From Bacteroidota bacterium (GTDB lineage Bacteria; Bacteroidota; Bacteroidia; Bacteroidales; ML635J-15), in assembly GCA_051747965.1 (NCBI GenBank), contig JBNJGS010000003.1:7125-71124 (forward strand): a stretch of 64,000 nucleotides of DNA. Direction: 5' to 3'. Of the stretch, positions 10,001-20,506 are shown piece by piece. The position numbers and the translations under genes are program-made. Below the pieces are notes generated by a model. The model was not told the origin of the DNA. It made no database searches and was given only the letters and a program-made list of their open reading frames with translations. Every line of letters begins with the position of its first letter. Within the stretch, counting starts at the first letter, position 1.

Positions 10001-11350
10001 TGCCGGTATTTCATTGGATTTGAATGGTGTTTCCAGCACAATTTCTATGGAGGCCCAGACTACGGAATAAAGGAAGTCGAAAGCCAGGGAGTCCCAGGTA
10101 TGATTGGTAAAACTCGGCGTAATATCATATTCTACACTGATGTCCATAGAGTCCCAGTTGTGGCAGGGATAGGTCACATTCAGGTCATTGTTGACTTCAA
10201 AGGTAATATCGGAAGCATCTCCGGCATCCACAACATTATCCCCATCGTTGGGATCGGTGACTGTATATGGCATACTGACCGGAAATCCGAGTGTTGTCCA
10301 GATGGTTGGGCAGAAATCAAATTCCTGTGTCATCCAGCTGTTCATATCAAAAGAAATCTGAAGAATATAATAATCAATGATTGCTGATACAGGACCTACA
10401 TCATAGTTTATGGTTCCTCCTTCAATGATATCAATCACCTGTGAAATTGCCGGTCCGGTGGGCGGTGGAATCAGATTTGCGATGGCACTTAGGAATGTCA
10501 GTACATTCAGATTGAAGTGTATCCAGTTATCCTGTCCGTAGGCATGCAGACACTGGGTTTGCGGGTCGAGCCAGTCAGTTGTTTCCACATAGGGCAGATC
10601 GATTTCTCCGGTCAAGCCGATGCCAAACCAATCCGGTATGATAACAGGCAGAATGTCATCATCACAAAAAGCAGGCAGGCCGGTAACGGGGTCAAGACAA
10701 GGATACACAACCTCTCCGGTGGCACCGTTAAGATAAAATATAGCAATCGAATCGTGTGGGAGAGGTTCGCCGGGTACTGGTTCAGAGGGTATGTTAAAGG
10801 AAGGGATCAGGGGTATGGTTGTTGTTCCAAAGAGTTCTACCACCAGGTCCATATGCATTCCCAGGCCAAACTCCAGATCCAGGGCAATGACCCCTGCCTC
10901 GGGAAAGTGTGTATCAAGATAATAATCATCCTGCACGTCATACCATGTATTGATGGTAACAGTTTCACCGTGGTCGAAGCTGTAATCATCAGGAAAATCA
11001 AGTGTAATTTCTACCGGATAATTGATATCAATCCATCCCAGTGTAAAGCCATGGATACTAAAAGTTGACCTGAATACACCCCAGAAGCCATAGTCCAGGC
11101 CCATGCCAAATGTCTCGCCGAAAAATTCTGTATAAGCTCCGATATGGTCCGACTCGTTCCATTCAAGATTGAAGATATCATAGTCAAAATCGAGGCTGAA
11201 TGCATCACCGGGCCCCCACATATCCTGGTCTTCTGTTTCGTAATTAATGTTATGTATAAGCACATTATCCGGGTTCTGTGAAAATACAGCAAATGGCAGC
11301 ATCAGCAAAAAGCTGCAGGCAATCAGGCTGACAAATTTTGGTTTTTTCAT
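7052..11350 (-). CDS. Large T9SS cargo: unrecognised N-terminal domain + SprB repeats + 2 PKD domains + type-B (gliding motility-associated) CTD
   Basis: Signal peptide; six C-x-G..DG..GGTPPY.Y.W SprB-like repeats; PKD motifs WNFDDG and WDFADG; CTD APTGFSPN..YNRWGE..GWDG..GVY..G.VTLMR. Confidence 0.9.
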   Translation of the reverse strand: MKKPKFVSLIACSFLLMLPFAVFSQNPDNVLIHNINYETEDQDMWGPGDAFSLDFDYDIFNLEWNESDHIGAYTEFFGETFGMGLDYGFWGVFRSTFSIHGFTLGWIDINYPVEITLDFPDDYSFDHGETVTINTWYDVQDDYYLDTHFPEAGVIALDLEFGLGMHMDLVVELFGTTTIPLIPSFNIPSEPVPGEPLPHDSIAIFYLNGATGEVVYPCLDPVTGLPAFCDDDILPVIIPDWFGIGLTGEIDLPYVETTDWLDPQTQCLHAYGQDNWIHFNLNVLTFLSAIANLIPPPTGPAISQVIDIIEGGTINYDVGPVSAIIDYYILQISFDMNSWMTQEFDFCPTIWTTLGFPVSMPYTVTDPNDGDNVVDAGDASDITFEVNNDLNVTYPCHNWDSMDISVEYDITPSFTNHTWDSLAFDFLYSVVWASIEIVLETPFKSNEIPAFNLPVTYEDPETGETQYLEASAPGYHVPEVDLSDYLAKDEYVYVDTAKNGAKDISIGPFEIGPLLEGSVPLGYIPINWFDETWEMAGFYEDDDSVQDVVNIIPLPELDMEIDGNDILCFGDTTGVITVTALNSTGPYTFEYSTGVVNTHMDPVDSIYVPAGYYFVTVSDVYGCEVTSELNVTHLYPPIWSETDGDDVLCHGEATGNLYAESGGGALPHGYYWDPPGVDQQNVENVYAGWHYLTITDSVGCLHEDSVFIDEPDEPLSMSYEFTNVSCHGGYDGALDVTAAGGTPPYYYEWDNGMLTEDLMNIPAGNYTITITDANGCDLSHTMVVIEPEPVVANIQAEDVSCHGFENGSIDLSVTGGTPPYDYQWNNGDGIEDLEDVEAGIYIVTITDQNNCQTYAYVQIDEPDLPLTAEIEHEDVRCYGEGNGWAEVNVYGGTEPYYYHWSNGEIGQSIDTLDPGTYAVSITDNHDCVAYDTVEIIEPDAPLSASITATDASCGGYSDGSVEITASGGTPPYHYSWSNGSWEEDLQNVPAGVYTVTLTDDHYCHFVISDTVMQPEPITTVALDDPTICYGQTDTIGFNMITGGVPPYDVFWTHHGMMGDPIEVYPQETTEYGAFVLDATGCISDTSYFTVTVLDSLEFDVIANRDTVCPGDEVTFSMNLRGGGGWPYEVYMNDSLIEGSEIVVTPETDSVFAFTAWDACHFDSVYIEYPVETRELPPIAINADVTEGCQPLTVHFNEGSPDIGQEYRWNFDDGDVENLSFDKQPVHTFFNATTYHVNLLVTSTDGCRNRDDVAITVHPRPDAEFEPSKINVSLNSPLVTFTNYTDGGYFYHWDFADGTLSEQENPQHSYSQPGRYNVQLATESLFGCKDTARVELTVAGELLVFAPTGFSPNYDDVNEEFGIVVSGIDLESYHLEVYNRWGEKVFVSDHHDDGWDGTMNKQECPEGVYTWMLEFEDYYGNVYERTGKVTLMR
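8303..9679 (-). repeat. Array of ~6 SprB-type protein repeats (~75 aa each)
   Basis: Units begin ILCFG, VLCHG, VSCHG, VSCHG, VRCYG, ASCGG, each followed by a GG.PPY.Y.W-like segment and Y.VTITD..GC; boundaries approximate. Confidence 0.85.
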
Positions 11351-11355
11351 ATCAA

Positions 11356-11904
11356 TCACCTCTCTATTATATCAGCAGACAACAGGCTGCTCATAATTGG
11401 TTTCAGTACGGTTTTTTTTAAACTTGCCGGATAATTTGCATTCAACCAGATGGTATAATTGTAACTTCCGGCAAACATCATTTTTCTTTCAAACTCTACC
11501 CCCTTTGCTTCAAAGCTGAGGGTATATATGACGCCACTCAACCCGGAACTCAATTCCACTTCTTTTCTGTCAATAAATTTCACCCCCTGGCTTTCAAAAT
11601 GCTCTTTGGTCATCACTTTGTCAATCACCGGCCAGCTTGTTCCATCCACATCTTTCACCTGAATACTTGCGCTGGTACCGGGATGGAGATACCCCGGAAT
11701 ATCCTTTGCAAAGACAAAATGCTCTGGCGGAATGATAGCAATGCGCGTATTATCCACACTATCAAGCAAGCTTTTATCATAGGGTTTTTCCTTTATGTCC
11801 TTCAGGTAGTAATCACCTATATCAGGAGCACTGTCTGTGGTATTCTGACCGAATACCACCACAGATAGAAAGACAAATAATCCGCTGACTACAAGTTTTT
11901 TCAT
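11356..11904 (-). CDS. Secreted hypothetical protein (~182 aa)
   Basis: Signal peptide MKKLVVSGLFVFLSVVVFGQ; stop lies 5 nt from the adhesin ATG, suggesting an operon. Confidence 0.8.
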   Translation of the reverse strand: MKKLVVSGLFVFLSVVVFGQNTTDSAPDIGDYYLKDIKEKPYDKSLLDSVDNTRIAIIPPEHFVFAKDIPGYLHPGTSASIQVKDVDGTSWPVIDKVMTKEHFESQGVKFIDRKEVELSSGLSGVIYTLSFEAKGVEFERKMMFAGSYNYTIWLNANYPASLKKTVLKPIMSSLLSADIIER

Positions 11905-11966
11905 ATGTATTATCCCCAATGCACTAAAGTACAAAAAATATTTTATTCCTGCAATCTTTAATGAAT

Positions 11967-11993
11967 GACGTAAGAAATTGCCTCGGGGTTGTG
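11967..11993 (-). promoter_or_regulatory. Candidate ECF-sigma promoter CACAAC-N17-CGTC
   Basis: Same AAC-N17-CGTC geometry as the motif upstream of the ECF sigma gene. Confidence 0.35.
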
Positions 11994-12038
11994 TGAAAAG
12001 CTAAAAAATTACTTTTTTTTCGGGATGGAGGTAAAAAT

Positions 12039-12671
12039 TCAGTCTTGCTTGTTATTTTCCTCTGTTTCGAAAGCTCTTTTATAAAAGATTATCAGGACAA
12101 AGACACCTGTAGTAATGGCGGAATCGGCCAGATTAAAAACCGGGCGGAAGAAAATAAAATGGTTGCCACCGACTTTTGGCACCCATTCGGGATAATGTCC
12201 GTTGATGATGGGAAAATAAAACATATCCACCACCCTGCCGTGCAGAAAACCGGCATATCCGCCCTCCGGGGGAAACAAAGTTGCCACCTGGTGGGCGCTG
12301 TGATTGAAAATCATGCCATAAAATGCTGAATCGATAAGATTTCCCAGGGCACCTGCCACGATGAGCGACAAGGCAACAAGAAAATATTTATTTGTTCCTT
12401 TTTGAATACTGCGAAAAAGATACCATATCATGAATCCAATAGCAACAAACCGGAATAAACTCAGGATAAGTTTTCCATAATCACCGCCGAATTCCATACC
12501 AAAAGCCATGCCTGGATTTTCTGTAAAGTGGATAATAAACCAGTCAGCAATGCGATACTCCTCGCCAAGCATCATATTGGTTTTTATCCAGATTTTCAAA
12601 ATCTGATCTGCAAGGAGTACAAATAAAACAATGCCTGAGGCAATCCAAAAATATTTCCGCTTAGTATCCAT
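12039..12671 (-). CDS. lspA: Lipoprotein signal peptidase II
   Basis: DQILK, ENPGMAFG, GALGNLID, VVDM, PVFNLADSAI motifs; follows ileS-dksA; start refined to 12671. Confidence 0.96.
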   Translation of the reverse strand: MDTKRKYFWIASGIVLFVLLADQILKIWIKTNMMLGEEYRIADWFIIHFTENPGMAFGMEFGGDYGKLILSLFRFVAIGFMIWYLFRSIQKGTNKYFLVALSLIVAGALGNLIDSAFYGMIFNHSAHQVATLFPPEGGYAGFLHGRVVDMFYFPIINGHYPEWVPKVGGNHFIFFRPVFNLADSAITTGVFVLIIFYKRAFETEENNKQD

Positions 12672-12750
12672 ACATAAAAATAAACAACCTGTTTTCATTC
12701 CAGACCTATTCCGGCTCTGCAATGAAAACAAGTTTTGTCAGTCTTTATTC

Positions 12751-13140
12751 TTACTTTCTACTGTTCTTTGCTTCAACACTAAGGGTAGCATGAGGCACAG
12801 CCTTGAGTCTCTCTTTGGCAATAAGTTTACCGGTTTCACGGCATACACCATAGGTGCCGTTTTCGATGCGGACCAGCGCGGCATTCAGGTGTTGGATGAA
12901 TTTTGCCTGCCGTTGTGCCAGACGACCCGCTTCTTCTTTAGACAAGACAGTAGCACCTTCTTCAAGCACCTTAAATGTCGGTGATGTGTCAGCAATATCG
13001 TTGCTGTCGTTATGGTTGAGTGCTGATTTGTACAACTCATAATCCCGCTTGGCTTTTTCAAGCTTCTTAAGAATTATTTCCTTGAACTCCTGGAGTTCCT
13101 CGCTGTTGTATCTCTTTTTTTCTTTGTTCTCTTCTGCCAT
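12751..13140 (-). CDS. TraR/DksA family transcription factor
   Basis: Coiled coil plus ALVRIENGTYGVCRETGKLIAKERLKAVPHATLS; ileS-dksA-lspA order. Confidence 0.93.
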   Translation of the reverse strand: MAEENKEKKRYNSEELQEFKEIILKKLEKAKRDYELYKSALNHNDSNDIADTSPTFKVLEEGATVLSKEEAGRLAQRQAKFIQHLNAALVRIENGTYGVCRETGKLIAKERLKAVPHATLSVEAKNSRK

Positions 13141-13158
13141 AGTTGTAATTTTTTTGCG

Positions 13159-16100
13159 CTAAACATCTGCCTTGTGAATAAGCAATTCTGCGGTCAGATT
13201 ATCAACGTTTACGTGGGTAGTTAAATTTTGTTCCAAATTAGTTGTAATTTTTATTGATTCTGCAAGAGTCTGTTCGCAGATATAATTTTCATGTTGTTTC
13301 ACTGCTTCCTGAACTTCCTCATCAGCAGCCATTTCTATCCTGATTTTATCCGTCACATCAAAACCACTGTCTTTGCGAAGATTTTGTATGCGGTTGATAA
13401 GTTCTCTGGCCACACCTTCTTTTCTGAGCTCATCAGAAATCTTAATATCAAGTGCTACTGTCAGGCTGCCCTGATTTGTAACCAGCCATCCCGGGATATC
13501 TTCGGAAAGTATTTCCACATCATCCGTGCCAATGGTGATGGATTCTCCGTCGATATTGATACTTGCTTCTCCATTTTTTTCGAGTTCAGCAATCTCTTCC
13601 TGTGACATCTGCATGATACGGGGTGCAATTTGCTTCATCATTTTGCCGTATTTTGGTCCCAATGCTTTGAAATCAGGTTTGATTTTTTTGACAAGCACAT
13701 CTGATGCATCATCAAGATATTCAACATCCTTAATGTTGGTTTCTGTTTTGATGATATCCTCAACTTTTTGAAGCTGCTCATGCATTTTTTTACTCATCAC
13801 AGGAATCATGATTTTCTGAAGCGGTTGTCTGACCTTAATATTGACTTTTCGCCGCAATGCCAGAATCATACTGGATATGCTCTGCGCCATCTGCATACGT
13901 TCTTCGAGATCTGAATCAATATATTTTTCATCATAAGCAGGAAAATCTTCCAGATGCACTGAAGATTTGCCATTACCCATGGTAAGATCGGCATAGATTT
14001 TCTCCGGATAAAACGGTGCAATCGGGCTCATCAATCTGGCTACAGACAGAAGGCATGTTTCGAGTGTCTGGTAGGCGGACAATTTATCATCATCCATTGT
14101 GCCGCCCCAGTAACGTTTTCTTCCCAGCCTAACATACCAGTTGCTGAGATGGTCAATAACAAAACTTTGAATCAACCTGCCGGCACGGGTGGGTTCATAA
14201 TTGTCAAATGCTTTTTCCACATCACGTTTCAGGCTGTTGAGCTGTGAAATTATCCACTGATCAAGCTCCGGACGCTTTTCCACCGGAATATTTTTTTCAC
14301 CAGGTTGGTAGGCATCAACATTGGCATAAAGTGCAAAGAAATTGTATGTATTATATAGTGTACTGAAGAATTTTCTCTGAATCTCCTCTATACCTTTGGG
14401 GTCAAATTTCAAATTATCCCAGGGTTGTGCGTTGGTAACCATATACCATCTGAGTGCATCCGAGCCATATTTATTCATGATTTCAAAGGGGTCCACGGCA
14501 TTGCCAAGTCGTTTTGACATTTTGTTGCCATGTTTATCCAGCACAAGGCCATTGGAAATGATATTTTTAAAGGCCACATCGTCACTGATCATCGCAGCAA
14601 TGGCGTGCAGGGTAAAAAACCATCCTCGTGTTTGATCAACGCCCTCGGCAATAAAATCTGCCGGTATCAATTCGTCAAAGTTTTCGGTATTTTCAAAAGG
14701 ATAATGCCATTGTGCATAAGGCATTGCACCGGAATCAAACCAAACATCTATCAGATCAGGCTCACGGGTCATTTTCTCACCTGAATCACTTACCAGCACA
14801 ATCTTATCCACAAAAGGCCTGTGCAAATCAATTTTCTCATAATTCTCTTTGCTGTAAACACCGGTTTCAAATTCCCTGAAAGGATTTTCCTCCATCATAC
14901 CGGCATCCACTGCTTTGTTAATCTCCTGCATCAATTCAGCCACAGAGCCGATACACTTACGCTCGCCTCCGTCTTCTGTGCTCCATACAGGCAGAGGAGT
15001 TCCCCAATATCTCGACCGGCTGAGGTTCCAATCTACCAGGTTTTCCAGCCATTTACCAAAACGGCCTTCTCCTGTACTTTTTGGTTTCCAGTTGATTTTT
15101 TTGTTCAGCTCAATCATTCTGTCCTTGATGTCGGTAGTTTTGATAAACCATGAATCAAGCGGATAATACAGAATGGGTTTATCAGTACGCCAGCAATGCG
15201 GATAATTATGGACATACTTTTCGACCTGAAATGCTTTGCCGTCCTTTTTCAGACTAACGGCAATATCAACATCCAGACCGGGTTCTTGATCGCTGGTATT
15301 GTCATCATATTCATTCTTCACATATCGACCGGCAAAATCCTGATAAGACTCTGTGTTTACATATTTTTTGACAAAATCAGGATCGATATCTTCAATAGGC
15401 ATCATACGTCCTTTTTTGTCCACCATAGGCACTCTCTGGCCATTTTTGTCAATCAAAATCAGGGGAGGAATATCTGCAAGGCGGGCTACCCGGTCATCAT
15501 CGGCACCAAAGGTTGGTGCAATATGAACCACACCGGTTCCATCCTCTGTGGTGACATAATCACCTTCAATTACCCGGAAAGCATCTTTGGTTGGCTTTAC
15601 CCAGTCTATCAACTGCTCATAAGACATCCCGGCCAGGTCTTTCCCTTTAAACCCGCCGATCATTTGCCAGGGCAGTTTTTTGCTTCCGGCTTGAAACTGG
15701 TCAAAATCTCCATTTTCAAGCTCAGGATTGAAGTAGGTCTGCATACAATCTTTGGCAAGGATGACATGAACCGGTTTCCCGGTGTATGGATTCAGGGTTT
15801 TCACCATGACATAATCAATTTTCGGGCCAACAGCCAGGGCAGTATTTGATGGAAGTGTCCATGGAGTTGTAGTCCAGGCCAGAAAATAGGTTTCAGTATC
15901 CGATTTTCCCAGAACTGACGCGTTTTCTTTCCTTTCAGGAATGCGAAACATGCCTACAGCCGTGGTATCTTTTACATCACGGTAACATCCGGGCTGATTC
16001 AGCTCATGGGTACTCAGACCTGTGCCTGCTGCGGGCGAATAAGGCTGAATTGTATAGCCTTTATACAGCATACCTCTATCAAAGATATTTTTCAGCAAAC

Positions 16101-16587
16101 TCCACAATGTCTCAATATAGCGGTTATCATAAGTAACATAGGGATCATCCATATTTACCCAGTATCCCATTTGCCGTGTCAGGTTTTCCCACATATCGGT
16201 GTACTTCATCACCTCCTCGCGACAGGTATTGTTAAATTCCTCAACACTGATGCTTTTGCCAATATCATCCTTTGTGATGCCGAGTGTTTTTTCAACAGAT
16301 AATTCTACCGGCAAGCCATGGGTATCCCAACCTGCTTTTCGTTTTACCTGAAAGCCCTGCAGACTTTTGTACCGGCAAACCGCATCTTTGATTGTCCGAG
16401 CCATCACATGATGAATCCCGGGCTTGCCGTTGGCTGACGGCGGGCCTTCATGAAAAATAAACCGGGGCTGACCTTCACGTTGTTTAACAGATGCTTCAAA
16501 AGCATTCTCTTTTTCCCACTTCTCCTGTACTTCCCGATTTACTTCTGGTAAATCAAGTTTCTTATATTCCGGAAATTTTGACTGCAT
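13159..16587 (-). CDS. ileS: Isoleucine--tRNA ligase, type 2
   Basis: EGPPSANG, GWDTHGLP, WTTTPWTLPSN, SRSRYWGTP, EGVDQTRGWF, KMSKR; long IleRS2-type C-terminus. Confidence 0.98.
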   Translation of the reverse strand: MQSKFPEYKKLDLPEVNREVQEKWEKENAFEASVKQREGQPRFIFHEGPPSANGKPGIHHVMARTIKDAVCRYKSLQGFQVKRKAGWDTHGLPVELSVEKTLGITKDDIGKSISVEEFNNTCREEVMKYTDMWENLTRQMGYWVNMDDPYVTYDNRYIETLWSLLKNIFDRGMLYKGYTIQPYSPAAGTGLSTHELNQPGCYRDVKDTTAVGMFRIPERKENASVLGKSDTETYFLAWTTTPWTLPSNTALAVGPKIDYVMVKTLNPYTGKPVHVILAKDCMQTYFNPELENGDFDQFQAGSKKLPWQMIGGFKGKDLAGMSYEQLIDWVKPTKDAFRVIEGDYVTTEDGTGVVHIAPTFGADDDRVARLADIPPLILIDKNGQRVPMVDKKGRMMPIEDIDPDFVKKYVNTESYQDFAGRYVKNEYDDNTSDQEPGLDVDIAVSLKKDGKAFQVEKYVHNYPHCWRTDKPILYYPLDSWFIKTTDIKDRMIELNKKINWKPKSTGEGRFGKWLENLVDWNLSRSRYWGTPLPVWSTEDGGERKCIGSVAELMQEINKAVDAGMMEENPFREFETGVYSKENYEKIDLHRPFVDKIVLVSDSGEKMTREPDLIDVWFDSGAMPYAQWHYPFENTENFDELIPADFIAEGVDQTRGWFFTLHAIAAMISDDVAFKNIISNGLVLDKHGNKMSKRLGNAVDPFEIMNKYGSDALRWYMVTNAQPWDNLKFDPKGIEEIQRKFFSTLYNTYNFFALYANVDAYQPGEKNIPVEKRPELDQWIISQLNSLKRDVEKAFDNYEPTRAGRLIQSFVIDHLSNWYVRLGRKRYWGGTMDDDKLSAYQTLETCLLSVARLMSPIAPFYPEKIYADLTMGNGKSSVHLEDFPAYDEKYIDSDLEERMQMAQSISSMILALRRKVNIKVRQPLQKIMIPVMSKKMHEQLQKVEDIIKTETNIKDVEYLDDASDVLVKKIKPDFKALGPKYGKMMKQIAPRIMQMSQEEIAELEKNGEASINIDGESITIGTDDVEILSEDIPGWLVTNQGSLTVALDIKISDELRKEGVARELINRIQNLRKDSGFDVTDKIRIEMAADEEVQEAVKQHENYICEQTLAESIKITTNLEQNLTTHVNVDNLTAELLIHKADV

Positions 16588-16624
16588 TATGCCTTACTTT
16601 TTTTATCTGAATTTTAGCAATCTG

Positions 16625-16632
16625 CAAATATA
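16625..16632 (-). promoter_or_regulatory. Bacteroidota -7 element (TATATTTG) for ileS
   Basis: TAnnTTTG 37 nt upstream of the ATG. Confidence 0.65.
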
Positions 16633-16793
16633 CTGTGCGAAACGGAAGTTTCCAAATGGCTTTTCGGGGTGCAAAACAAGATTTTTGAAAACAAATCCGG
16701 CTAAAAATGCGAATGAAAATCCATACCACAGCAGGCAATTTCACAATCTTATTGAACTGATACAAATCCATTTAAATAAATAAGAAAAAAATT

Positions 16794-16820
16794 TGTAACT
16801 TTTCGGCATGATTAAACGTC
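16794..16820 (+). promoter_or_regulatory. Candidate autoregulatory ECF promoter TGTAAC-N17-CGTC
   Basis: TGTAACTTTT -35 and CGTC -10 resemble typical ECF promoter consensus; 13 nt upstream of the sigma ATG. Confidence 0.6.
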
Positions 16821-16833
16821 ACACCTGTGAATT

Positions 16834-17322
16834 ATGACAACCAAAGAGTACAACAATAGCGTAGAAGAGTTCTCTGACAATGTGTACAGGTTCATCCTGA
16901 GCAATATCAGGGATGGAGAACTCGCCCGTGACATTGTTCAGGATGCATATGAGCGACTCTGGTTGAATCATAAAAAGGTGGACGCAAAAAAAGTACGTTC
17001 ATATTTGTTCACCACAGCACATAACAGGATGATTGATATGATACGCAAGTCCAAACATGAACAGCAAATGGAAGAAACCCCTGAGGTTTCCTCCCCGTAT
17101 CATGACAATCAATACAGCGACCTTGGTGAAGTACTTGAAAACGCCCTGTCAGGTTTGAATGAGATTCAAAGGTCTGTACTGTTACTGAGAGATTATGAAG
17201 GCTACTCATACCGGGAAATTGCAGAGATGACAGAATTGAGTGAATCACAGGTAAAAGTTTACATTTACAGGGCAAGGGTATGTATGAAAGAAAAAATTGG
17301 CAGCATAGAAGCCATTGTATAA
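16834..17322 (+). CDS. ECF-family RNA polymerase sigma factor
   Basis: Region 2 (ARDIVQDAYERLW, SYLFTTAHN) and region 4 (LRDYEGYSYREIAE, VKVYIYRAR); 162 aa. Confidence 0.95.
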   Translation: MTTKEYNNSVEEFSDNVYRFILSNIRDGELARDIVQDAYERLWLNHKKVDAKKVRSYLFTTAHNRMIDMIRKSKHEQQMEETPEVSSPYHDNQYSDLGEVLENALSGLNEIQRSVLLLRDYEGYSYREIAEMTELSESQVKVYIYRARVCMKEKIGSIEAIV

Positions 17323-17323
17323 T

Positions 17324-18343
17324 ATGTCAAAAATAACAAAACATAACTACGAAGCATATCTTCTGGATTTTTCAGAAGGCAAGCTGAGCAAGGCAGATGC
17401 CCAGGCTCTGGAACATTTCCTGAAAGAAAACCCGGAACTGGATGCTGATATTTTTGACACAAGTGCATACAGGCTCACTTCTGACAGTTCTGTATCATTT
17501 GGTGACAAGCTTTCCCTGAAACGGGACGAGAAAATGCCGGAATTTAACAAGCGGGACAGCCTTCTTATCGGACTGCTTGAGGGTGAACTCGACTCAGAAG
17601 ACAAAAAAGCAGCAGAAAAACTGATTTCAGAAGACGATCAGGCTTTGGAAGAATTTGAGTTGTACAGAAAAACAAAACTACAAGCCGACACGGATATTTC
17701 TTTTGATGGCAAAAATAAGCTGAAAAAGAAAACTCCTGTAATTACACTGCGCAGTACTGCCTACGCATCTGTAGCTGCAGCCTTTACAGGTCTGCTTGCT
17801 TTCGGCATTCTACATCTCAATCTTCTAAACAACAATCAGGAAAATATTTCTCCTGCACATCTTGCACAATCATCAGAAGTCATTCATTTTGATGCGGATA
17901 AAACAAACAATACAGAAACCGGTTTTTCAGAAAAAATAAGACTAGAGTCTTCTGCTGACATGCAGCTTGCTTCGAATAATCTTCCGGTGGCAGAAAGAAA
18001 AGCATCGGGCAACTCAGATTCAGGAACAACACAGGTTGAGCGATATGTGGAAGAAAATATTGAAAATCTTCCTCGTCTGAGAGCAACCCCTCTGCGCAGT
18101 ACAGGATTTTCAGCAAAAGATACCCGTATGGAATCACGCAGTGTGGAAAACATTTCGCCAAGCTTCCCGGTGAATGTAACATACGTGAAAAACACATCAC
18201 AAAACAAGATCAAATTCCCGGAACGAGAGGACATTTCCGGAGCCATCGATGAGATTGACGAAAAATACAATCCCATCAGGAAACTAAGGGAAGCCAAGGA
18301 TGATATTCTGGCGAGCAATGCCAAAGATTTATTCAGAAAATAA
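17324..18343 (+). CDS. Putative membrane-anchored anti-sigma factor
   Basis: Directly after the ECF gene; N-terminal NYEAYLLDFSEGKL repeated as LLIGLLEGEL; one TM helix (YASVAAAFTGLLAFGIL); low-complexity C-terminus. Confidence 0.7.
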   Translation: MSKITKHNYEAYLLDFSEGKLSKADAQALEHFLKENPELDADIFDTSAYRLTSDSSVSFGDKLSLKRDEKMPEFNKRDSLLIGLLEGELDSEDKKAAEKLISEDDQALEEFELYRKTKLQADTDISFDGKNKLKKKTPVITLRSTAYASVAAAFTGLLAFGILHLNLLNNNQENISPAHLAQSSEVIHFDADKTNNTETGFSEKIRLESSADMQLASNNLPVAERKASGNSDSGTTQVERYVEENIENLPRLRATPLRSTGFSAKDTRMESRSVENISPSFPVNVTYVKNTSQNKIKFPEREDISGAIDEIDEKYNPIRKLREAKDDILASNAKDLFRK

Positions 18344-18376
18344 AAAACCATCCATGACAGGCAAGGATGGTTTTTT
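18342..18376. terminator. Bidirectional intrinsic terminator
   Basis: AAAAAACCATCC-N11-GGATGGTTTTTT between the convergent anti-sigma and gyrB genes. Confidence 0.8.
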
Positions 18377-18402
18377 GGTTGAGGTATTTACAATTTTCTT
18401 AC

Positions 18403-20385
<1,983 letters not shown>

Positions 20386-20400
20386 TTATTCAATGTCATG

Positions 20401-20408
20401 CAAAGATA
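20401..20408 (-). promoter_or_regulatory. Bacteroidota -7 element (TATCTTTG) for gyrB
   Basis: TAnnTTTG 45 nt upstream of the ATG. Confidence 0.6.
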
Positions 20409-20506
20409 GTTAATTTTGCCGGTTAATAAACTGACAAATGCGGTGATTTTGAGACAAATTATCAACAATATAAACAGGTGCTGACATCCTGATAAACCGA
20501 TTGTTA

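Noticed and set aside
12751..13140. DksA/TraR protein with only one Cys (no C4 zinc finger)
   Set aside because: To my knowledge this is the usual Bacteroidota form beside ileS and lspA, so not novel
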